A stretch of DNA of 11,373 bases from Candidatus Latescibacterota bacterium (GTDB lineage: Bacteria; Latescibacterota; UBA2968): the NCBI GenBank assembly GCA_038279365.1, contig JAYODI010000127.1, positions 1 through 11,373 of the forward strand. The letters are read 5' to 3'. The notes below the pieces were generated by a model. That model saw only the letters and a list, made by a program, of their open reading frames with translations, did no database searches and was not told the origin of the DNA. This document shows, piece by piece, positions 1 through 6,281 of the stretch. Position 1 is the stretch's first letter. The number at the start of each line of letters is the position of its first letter. A program made the translations under genes and the position numbers.

Positions 1-265
1 CATCTTTGCTAAAAATGACAACTGGTAAGGTTAAGTTTCTAATGCTGTTGATCAAATATGCATCGGGTATGTCTGCTATGGCGACGATGATGTCGGGCTT
101 TTCGTTGGTAATTTGTATATGTAAGTTTTCACTTAGAGGGGTATGAAATACCGTTTGGTTTTGGGTTTGTAAAAAATTTATTAGATCTTTTGTTTGGGTG
201 TCATCATTGCAGATGAGTAGGATGCGATAACTGGCGTATGAAGTCGTTGTCATTGGTTCATCCAT
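1..265 (-). CDS. 5' part of a gene with an N-terminal degenerate receiver (REC)-like domain; runs off the left edge
   Basis: Not in the ORF track. Hand translation from ATG at 265 (alternative ATG at 253) is open to the edge: MDEPMTTTSYASYRILLICNDDTQTKDLINFLQTQNQTVFHTPLSENLHIQITNEKPDIIVAIADIPDAYLINSIRNLTLPVVIFSKD. RILLICNDD, KPDIIV and LPVVIFS match REC beta1, beta3 and beta4. Confidence 0.7.
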   Translation of the reverse strand, partial: MDEPMTTTSYASYRILLICNDDTQTKDLINFLQTQNQTVFHTPLSENLHIQITNEKPDIIVAIADIPDAYLINSIRNLTLPVVIFSKD

Positions 266-425
266 TTCTATGGGGGACGGCGCAAATTTACTTTGTGATT
301 ATTTCAGAAAGATTTCATGTATGTGAATAAAGTATTATTTATTTTTTTGCATGTCATCTATTAGGCTGGCTGAATGGAATGACCTGCTCGTCATTTAAGC
401 CCGTCACACAAGCTTTTTATGTTAA

Positions 426-448
426 AAATGATGCAAATGATGCAGATG
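426..448. repeat. 9-bp tandem direct repeat AAATGATGC x2 plus a partial third copy (AGATG) in the divergent intergenic region
   Basis: AAATGATGC at 426-434 and 435-443, then AGATG at 444-448. Confidence 0.5.
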
Positions 449-537
449 TTTTAGCAATGGCATTTTTGAGCAGGTTGAATATCTTAAGCAAACAAATTTA
501 TGTAAAACGGGTGCGTGTGTTATTCAGGGAGTGTTTT

Positions 538-942
538 ATGGGTATTGATGAAGGGATTGATGCATTTTTGAAGGGGAAGGTTTTTGCTGTTGTGGGGGCT
601 TCGAAAGATCGGAGCAAATATGGGAATAAGGTTTTGCGGTGTTATTTACAACATGGGTTAAAAGTCTATGCGGTTAATCCCAAAGAAAGTGAGATTGAAG
701 GGCAGGTGTGTGTGCCCAATTTGGCCGCTTTGCCAGAACCAGTGCATGGTGTATCGGTGATTACACCACCACATATCACTGAAAAAATTGTGCAGGAAGT
801 GGCCGATGCGGGTATTCATCATGTGTGGATGCAACCGGGTGCCGAAAGTGAACAGGCACTTGATCTGGGCGATTCACTGGGGTTGAATGTGATTGGTGAT
901 GGTTCGTGTTTGTTGGTGGTTTTGGGATATCGTGAGCAATAA
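538..942 (+). CDS. CoA-binding protein, YccU-like (CoA_binding_2 family)
   Basis: Motifs FAVVGASKDRSKYG, VYAVNPK and VWMQPGAES. The true start is probably ATG 538 with SD GGGAG at 527-531, not 379. Confidence 0.9.
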   Translation: MGIDEGIDAFLKGKVFAVVGASKDRSKYGNKVLRCYLQHGLKVYAVNPKESEIEGQVCVPNLAALPEPVHGVSVITPPHITEKIVQEVADAGIHHVWMQPGAESEQALDLGDSLGLNVIGDGSCLLVVLGYREQ

Positions 943-969
943 AAATTGTGTTTGGATGGGAGATTTTTT

Positions 970-1956
970 ATGCGTGTTTTATTTGATGAGTTGAAGGAAG
1001 CGTTTTACAAAGCGTTGTTGCAGGCTGGGCTTTCGGAAGAACGGGCCGATATTTGTGCGCAATTGTTTAGCGAAAATCAGCGAGATGGGGTGTACTCTCA
1101 TGGGCTCAATCGATTTCCCGGCTTGATTGCTAAGATTCAATCTGGGCAAATTGATGTGACTGCAGAACCTGAATGTGTGAAGGCTTTGGGTGTGGTGGAG
1201 CAATGGGATGGCAAAATGGGGATTGGGCTTTTGAATGCACAAATTGCAATGGGGCGCGCCATTGCAATTGCAAAAGAACATGGTATGGGGTGTGTGGGGT
1301 TGCGAAATACAAATCATTGGATGCGTGCGGGGGCCTATGGGTTGCAGGCGGCAGATGCAGGATGTATTGGGATGTGCTGGACAAATACGACAGTGTTGAT
1401 GCCGCCGTGGGGTGCGGAAGAAAAACGGATTGGGAATAACCCGATGGTGATGTCTATTCCAAGGGATGGTGGACATTTGTTGTTGGATATGGCTATGAGT
1501 CAATATTCAAATGGTAAGTTGGAGATTTTGAAACAACGTGGAGAAGAGTTGCCACTGGCTGGTGGGTATGATGGTGGTGGGAACTTGACGTGTGACCCCG
1601 GTGCGATTTTGGCGTCTAAACGCGCGCTGCCTATTGGATATTGGAAGGGGTCTGCATTGGCGGTGATGTTGGATATTTTGGCGGCGGTGATTTCTGGTGG
1701 GCAATCGACCCATCAAATTGGTGCACAAGGTGATGAGTATGCGGTGTCACAAACGTTTATTGCATTGGATGTGACGTCTTTGGTGGGGCAGGGTGTGCGC
1801 GAGCAGATTGTAAATGATGTGGTGAATGATTTGCAGGAAGTGGGCGGAGGTGTGCGTTATCCGGGTGCGGGGATGTTGCGTGTGCGGCAGGAGAGTTTGG
1901 AACAAGGTGTGTTGGTGGATGATGGGCAGTGGGAGAGTTTGTTGCAGATGGGGTGA
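970..1956 (+). CDS. dlgD: 2,3-diketo-L-gulonate reductase / 3-dehydro-L-gulonate 2-dehydrogenase (Ldh_2 family)
   Basis: GVYSHGLNRFP, EQWDG, LRNTNHWMRAGAYG, CWTNT..MPPWG..RIGNNP and LPIGYWKGS match E. coli YiaK/DlgD motifs. ATG 970 is preceded by GGGAGA (958-963). Confidence 0.88.
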   Translation: MRVLFDELKEAFYKALLQAGLSEERADICAQLFSENQRDGVYSHGLNRFPGLIAKIQSGQIDVTAEPECVKALGVVEQWDGKMGIGLLNAQIAMGRAIAIAKEHGMGCVGLRNTNHWMRAGAYGLQAADAGCIGMCWTNTTVLMPPWGAEEKRIGNNPMVMSIPRDGGHLLLDMAMSQYSNGKLEILKQRGEELPLAGGYDGGGNLTCDPGAILASKRALPIGYWKGSALAVMLDILAAVISGGQSTHQIGAQGDEYAVSQTFIALDVTSLVGQGVREQIVNDVVNDLQEVGGGVRYPGAGMLRVRQESLEQGVLVDDGQWESLLQMG

Positions 1957-1962
1957 TGTGGT

Positions 1963-2376
1963 TTATAATATGCCCATTAAAATAAGAGCCTGCCTTTCTT
2001 TGATTCGAAAGGGTTGATTAAGTTTTAATAGGTTGGTTGTGGCACGACCTTTGGGTGTTAGTGGTGTGATCACGCCTTGTTTGGTCAGTTGAAAGTGATC
2101 GTGCCAACTATTTTGACGGGGATTATAAAGGGGGGTAATTGATTGGGTATTTGGGTCAATGGATGCGATATCACTGCTTTTGTTTTGATTGCATAATGTG
2201 CAGGACAGTGCAAGGTTTGTGAGAATTGTTTCACCGCCATGTTTTTGTGCAATAATGTGATCGATGGGATAAGGTGCGTATGAGAATGCTTGAGGGATGA
2301 GACAGTATTCACATTTACCTTTAGCTCTTTTATGTACTTGATCTCGCAACTTTTGAGGAATATAGGTGTTGCTCAT
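1963..2376 (-). CDS. Small stand-alone HNH endonuclease with Zn-binding CxxC pairs (putative toxin)
   Basis: C22xxC25 (CEYC), D39-H40, N54, C59xxC62-N63 (CTLCNQNK), and family-typical PLYNPRQNSWHDHF and GRATTNLLKLN. Starts 1 nt after the upstream stop (TAA-A-ATG). Confidence 0.9.
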   Translation of the reverse strand: MSNTYIPQKLRDQVHKRAKGKCEYCLIPQAFSYAPYPIDHIIAQKHGGETILTNLALSCTLCNQNKSSDIASIDPNTQSITPLYNPRQNSWHDHFQLTKQGVITPLTPKGRATTNLLKLNQPFRIKERQALILMGIL

Positions 2377-2377
2377 T

Positions 2378-2731
2378 TTAAGCAGCTTTTAATTTTGCAG
2401 TGGCTTTGATCTTTGCCAGGCGTACGATGTGCTCTAAATAGGCATACTGATCCCATTCTTTTTGTTCTTCTGGCGTGAGTCCATTTGTGCGATTCTTTTC
2501 TAATAGTTCATCGATTCTATGCTGTAATTTTGGGGATGGACGAAGTGCTAAAACTTCTTCTGGTGTAGGAAAACCAATAAGTAATTCAAGGACATCAGAA
2601 AAGTCTTCAAAGTTTGATTGAGATAGTGAATGAATTTTGTCCAAGCCGATTTTTAATATTTCTGGCAACTGGCCTTCTAAACCTGTTAGTTGTGTGGCTA
2701 ATTCATCAGGAATGTCAAGTGTAACTTCCAT
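2378..2731 (-). CDS. Conserved hypothetical 117-aa partner of the HNH (putative antitoxin, RHH-like N-terminus)
   Basis: SD AGAGGA (2746-2741). N-terminal MEVTLDIPDELATQL has the strand+helix pattern of antitoxin DNA-binding ends. The C-terminal half (PTPEEVLALRPS..RIDELLEKNR..LTPEEQKEWDQY..LEH) is helical. Coupled to the HNH gene. Confidence 0.75.
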   Translation of the reverse strand: MEVTLDIPDELATQLTGLEGQLPEILKIGLDKIHSLSQSNFEDFSDVLELLIGFPTPEEVLALRPSPKLQHRIDELLEKNRTNGLTPEEQKEWDQYAYLEHIVRLAKIKATAKLKAA

Positions 2732-2776
2732 GATATATGATCCTCTGTTGTGAGATGGTCTATGCTACTTTTTATA

Positions 2777-2805
2777 AATGTACTCAGATAAATGGCATCC
2801 TTCAA
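2777..2805 (-). promoter_or_regulatory. sigma70-like promoter for the partner-HNH cassette
   Basis: On the minus strand: -35 TTGAAG (2805-2800), 17-nt spacer, -10 TACATT (2782-2777). An AT-rich UP-like tract lies at about 2807-2821. Confidence 0.6.
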
Positions 2806-2846
2806 GTTTAAATTTTAATTTGGACTGATATCTGATGAGGGTGAGG

Positions 2847-3049
2847 ATGGAACCTATTGTTTTTGATTTGCCATCCAATGGTGCTTGGATCGTGTTGATA
2901 TTTATTATTGTGGCAGTTTGTATGCCTATTTCTTTGCATATCGGTCTCATGTGGTTTATTTGCCAACGCAGAAGGATTTTGTGGTGATGTTGAGCATGGA
3001 TGATCCTGAATATTTTCTGAAGACATTAAGGGAAACGTGGACGTATTAG
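2847..3049 (+). pseudogene. Remnant of a membrane-anchored bacterial PH-domain (bPH_5-like) gene with an internal deletion and frameshift
   Basis: SD GAGGG (2837-2841) and ATG 2847 give MEPIVFDLPSNGAWIVLIFIIVAVC.. (TM helix), stopping at 2987. A different frame carries RSHVVYLPTQKDFVVMLSMDDPEYFLKTLRETWTY* (2942-3049). This resembles the C-terminus I recall for bPH_5 proteins (DrsrVVyiPT..ysllLS..dPe.Fl..L). The core of the domain is absent. Confidence 0.6.
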
Positions 3050-3076
3050 AAACCATTAATATAAGGAAGGGTTACA

Positions 3077-3919
3077 ATGACTGATTTATTACCAACAACA
3101 AATGCAGATGGGTTGCCTGTGATTCCGATGAGTGATGAGCAGAAGTATGTGTTTGATTTGAAGGGATGGATTTGTTTGCCGGGGTTGATGACGGAGGAAC
3201 AGTTGGCGCCTGTGAGAGAACATCAGATGAAGTTTTTGTATGAGCGGGATTCGCTACCACCGGAAGCGCGCAATAATCATGGTGGGGTGTCGCAGGTTTT
3301 GTTGGATCATCCTGCTGTGGTGGGTGTGTTGAATGAGATTATTTCGCACCAACGATTGGCGAGTGAAGAGTGTTATGGGTTTCGGTTTGATCATACCTAT
3401 ACAAGCCATCGCAAGGCGGGGCATGATAATTTTAGGCCGCATGGTGGGGGTGGGTTTTTTAGTTTTGGGGGGAGTTCACATTTGTATCAAATGCAGGTGG
3501 GCAAGATTCATGCGGGGTTGGTGCGGGTGGTTTGGGAGTTGAATGAGGTGCAAAAGGGTGATGGGGGCACGATGTTTTTGTCGGGCAGTCATAAGACGGC
3601 TTTTCCACGGCCTGAGTCGTTGAGTGGGCGAGAGAGTGATTTGTGGGAGACGTATGCGTGCCCGGCTGGGTCGGTGGTTATTTTTACGGAGTCATTGTGT
3701 CATACGGGTGCAACGTGGGTGAATGAAGAACGGGATCGGTTGAGTTTGTTTACGTGTTATAATACGGTGAATGCAAAGTGGGGGAAGGGGTGTCCGGCAC
3801 CGGAGGTGATTGCGGCGATGGCACCGAAGAGACAGACGTTGTTTAGAGGGGTGTGGCATGGGATGAGCGAGGTGCCGAAGGTGAATATGTATTATGATGA
3901 GGCGAATCGGGCGGTGTGA
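3077..3919 (+). CDS. Phytanoyl-CoA dioxygenase (PhyH)-family 2OG/Fe(II) oxygenase
   Basis: QKYVFDLKGWICLPG N-terminus, VVWELNEV..GDGGTMFLSGSHK, CPAGSVVIFTESLCH(209) and R221. SD AAGGAAGG. Confidence 0.88.
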   Translation: MTDLLPTTNADGLPVIPMSDEQKYVFDLKGWICLPGLMTEEQLAPVREHQMKFLYERDSLPPEARNNHGGVSQVLLDHPAVVGVLNEIISHQRLASEECYGFRFDHTYTSHRKAGHDNFRPHGGGGFFSFGGSSHLYQMQVGKIHAGLVRVVWELNEVQKGDGGTMFLSGSHKTAFPRPESLSGRESDLWETYACPAGSVVIFTESLCHTGATWVNEERDRLSLFTCYNTVNAKWGKGCPAPEVIAAMAPKRQTLFRGVWHGMSEVPKVNMYYDEANRAV

Positions 3920-3990
3920 TAAGGCTTTGAGAAATCACCAAAAATAATGTTGGGTAGATGTGTTTTTGTTCACAGTTTATTTTGATGTTG

Positions 3991-4171
3991 GTTTGCCTTC
4001 GGCGACTTACTTTTTGTCAACAGCAACAAAAAGTAAGCAAAAAATGCCGCCCCTCAAGTGCCGGGGAGGCTGATTTTTCGCAAATACCGTGTGTGGGTAC
4101 AAAAGATAAATGGCCTGCTATCGCTATCATTTTTAGAAAATTTAGAGATGGACGGAATGCGCGAAAAATCA
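3991..4171. repeat. Structured non-coding element of four adjacent hairpins (dispersed-repeat/MITE-like or ncRNA candidate)
   Basis: P1: GCC-TTC-GGC core at 3995-4003. P2: perfect 12-bp stem CTTACTTTTTGT (4006-4017) / ACAAAAAGTAAG (4026-4037). P3: GCCgCCCC (4046-4053) / GGGGaGGC (4063-4070). P4: perfect 11-bp TGATTTTTCGC (4071-4081) / GCGAAAAATCA (4161-4171), with further imperfect pairing inside. Confidence 0.7.
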
Positions 4172-4213
4172 TGATTGTTTTTTGTGATGGGTACTGTGAT
4201 TGAGGAGAGGGAT

Positions 4214-6178
4214 ATGTTTGAGTTTTTGGATTTGGATGGGGTGGTGAAAGTGAAGGTGGCGCTTGAGAAAAAGGATCAGGAAGGGGCGGTACGGGCTTGG
4301 GCGAGTTATTTGCGTGGTCGGAGTTATGCGCCGTGGGGGGATGGCTTGCGTGTGCCAAAGTTGGAGGTCGCGCATATTGTAGAGTGGGCGGATCGTATTG
4401 TGATGGGGGAGATGGAGCAGCAGGCGATTGATCATACGTTTGCGGGTGGTGATATAGATTGGTTTTATAATCCGACGCAGGTGCGTGATGATTTGGCGGT
4501 GAATAATGAGTGGCAGTGGCAGTTGAATCGGATGGGGTTTTGGGAGGTGTTGGGATTGGCTTATCGGGCAACGGGCAATGAGGTTTATGCAGAGACTTGG
4601 GTGAAACATTTGAGAAGTTGGGCAGCGCAATGTCCTCGGCCAGAGGATCATGGCAATTATGCACAGTCGTGTTGGCGCACAATTGAGTCGGGCATTCGGA
4701 TGGCGGGGAGTTGGCCAAAGGCGTTTTGTTGTTTTTTGCAGTCGCCGTCATTTACGGATGAGGATGTGGTGCTGTATGTGAAACTGTGTATTGAACACGC
4801 GATTCATTTGAGGACACATCATCGACCGGCTGGCAATTGGTTGACAATGGAGATGGCGGGGTTGTATTCGGTGGGGGCAATGTTTCCGGAGTTAAAAGAC
4901 GCGAAGAATTGGCGTGTTTATGCGGCAGAACATGCGTATCGGGAATTGGATACACAGTTTACACCCGATGGCGCACAAGTCGAGTTGTCACCTGGATATC
5001 ACTGGGTGGCTTTGGGCAATATTTTGACAATTCCACGGGTGGCTAAGGCCGCGGGTTTTGAAGGTGAATTGCCACGTGATTTTTTGGCGCGTGCTGAAAA
5101 AGCATTTGAATTTACCTTGTTGATGCGTACGCCTGATGGGTCTACACCGCGTACGAATGATACACCTAATAGGCAAGATGTGGCAAGTGTGATGGCGGTT
5201 GGGGCGGAGTTGTTTCCGGAACGAAAAGACTTTCTGTGGGCCGCGACGAATGGGGATGAGGGGCAGGTTCCTAATGGGACATCGGTGGGGTTTGATTATG
5301 CAGGGTATTATGTGATGCGCTCTGGGTGGGATGCCGATGCGAATATGTTGTGTTTTGATGCGGGGCCAACGGGTTTGGCACATATTCACCAAGATAAATT
5401 GAATGTGATGATGTGGGCTTATGGCCGTGAAGTGTTGTTGGATATGGGTGGGGGGCCTTATGAACAAAGCAAGTGGCGCCGCTATGGTATCAGCACATTC
5501 TCACACAATACGGTGATCGTAGATGGTTTGGGACAAAAACGTGAACGTGCGTTTTCTGATGTGCCGTTGGAGGATGTGACGTGGGTAAGTTGTGAAGACT
5601 ATGATTATGCCGTGGGTGTTTATGATGAAACGTATGAGGATGTTGCTTGTGTTATGCACACACGCCATGTGTTGTTTGCCAAGCCCGATCTCTTTTTGGT
5701 TTGGGATGTGCTGACACCAAAAGATGAAGCGGTGCATCATTATCAAGCCCGATGGCATGTGACAACACCGCATGTTTTAATGGATGGGAATCGTGTTGTG
5801 ACGGCTGATGATGGCCAACCCAATTTGGCGATTGTACCGCTTTTGGATGGTGTGGATGTACAGTCTGTTTCGGCACAGGAAGAGCCCGAACTTTTGGGGT
5901 GGTGGATTCGCAAACGCGTTCAGCCTTCGGTGATTCCTGCGGCAACAGTTCTGCACAATCGATCAGGTGATGGTGTACAACATTTCATGACGCTCTTTTT
6001 GCCGTTGCGCCAGGGAGAAGCAAGCCCGGTGCAGGGTGTTCTGCAGACGGATCATTTGTGTGTGGACGTTGCATTTGTTGATGGTCGCGTTTTGCGTTTT
6101 GTGGGTGGTGATGCGGGTATGTCTGTTACAGAGACGATGACAGATGGTTCTGTAAGACGTGAAATTAGGCCGCTATAA
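4214..6178 (+). CDS. Heparinase II/III-family polysaccharide lyase (PL12/heparinase III-like)
   Basis: EWQWQLNR, WRTIESGIR, GNWLTME, DGAQVELSPGYH, GYYVMRSGW, HIHQDKLN and SHNTVIVDG. The start is ambiguous: ATG 4214 has SD GAGGAG (4202-4207), and ATG 4187 is in frame without an SD. Confidence 0.88.
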   Translation: MFEFLDLDGVVKVKVALEKKDQEGAVRAWASYLRGRSYAPWGDGLRVPKLEVAHIVEWADRIVMGEMEQQAIDHTFAGGDIDWFYNPTQVRDDLAVNNEWQWQLNRMGFWEVLGLAYRATGNEVYAETWVKHLRSWAAQCPRPEDHGNYAQSCWRTIESGIRMAGSWPKAFCCFLQSPSFTDEDVVLYVKLCIEHAIHLRTHHRPAGNWLTMEMAGLYSVGAMFPELKDAKNWRVYAAEHAYRELDTQFTPDGAQVELSPGYHWVALGNILTIPRVAKAAGFEGELPRDFLARAEKAFEFTLLMRTPDGSTPRTNDTPNRQDVASVMAVGAELFPERKDFLWAATNGDEGQVPNGTSVGFDYAGYYVMRSGWDADANMLCFDAGPTGLAHIHQDKLNVMMWAYGREVLLDMGGGPYEQSKWRRYGISTFSHNTVIVDGLGQKRERAFSDVPLEDVTWVSCEDYDYAVGVYDETYEDVACVMHTRHVLFAKPDLFLVWDVLTPKDEAVHHYQARWHVTTPHVLMDGNRVVTADDGQPNLAIVPLLDGVDVQSVSAQEEPELLGWWIRKRVQPSVIPAATVLHNRSGDGVQHFMTLFLPLRQGEASPVQGVLQTDHLCVDVAFVDGRVLRFVGGDAGMSVTETMTDGSVRREIRPL

Positions 6179-6207
6179 GCTTTGTTTTTAATCGCTGATA
6201 TTTTGTC

Positions 6208-6231
6208 GGAACTTGGAGGTGTCTAAAACGT
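6208..6231 (+). promoter_or_regulatory. Candidate ECF sigma-factor promoter
   Basis: GGAAC (6208-6212) - N16 - CGT (6229-6231), about 50 nt upstream of the OM barrel start; matches the generic ECF AAC-N16-CGT pattern. Confidence 0.4.
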
Positions 6232-6281
6232 GAAACATGACATGTCGGGTTATGTTTTTAACGTTTTTCGGAGGATTTAAT

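Noticed and set aside
458-472. Possible sigma54 promoter TGGCATTTTTGAGCA
   Set aside because: GG (459) to GC (470) spacing is 11, not the required 12, and TTGC is absent.
379-537. 53-codon N-terminal extension of the CoA-binding ORF
   Set aside because: Family similarity starts at M538, which has an SD. The extension is AT-rich divergent-promoter DNA.
1956-2959. 11-bp direct repeat ATGTGGTTTAT (1956-1966 and 2949-2959) flanking the HNH cassette as a possible target-site duplication
   Set aside because: Several 11-mer repeats are expected by chance in 11 kb of skewed DNA. The second copy lies inside the PH-remnant coding sequence, whose N-terminus would then be inside the supposed insert. 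No integrase or transposase is present.
2765-3056. Minus-strand ORFs 2765-2950 and 2808-3056
   Set aside because: No recognisable motifs. They are shadows of the + strand PH remnant and overlap the cassette promoter region.
3958-4203. 81-aa + strand ORF (..LTFCQQQQKVSKKCRP..)
   Set aside because: It is a translation of the hairpin element with no protein-like motifs.
4017-5945. Long minus-strand ORFs opposite the lyase (e.g. 4017-4751, 244 aa; 4988-5467)
   Set aside because: Pro/His/Thr-rich shadow frames caused by G/T skew, lying mostly or wholly opposite a well-supported gene.
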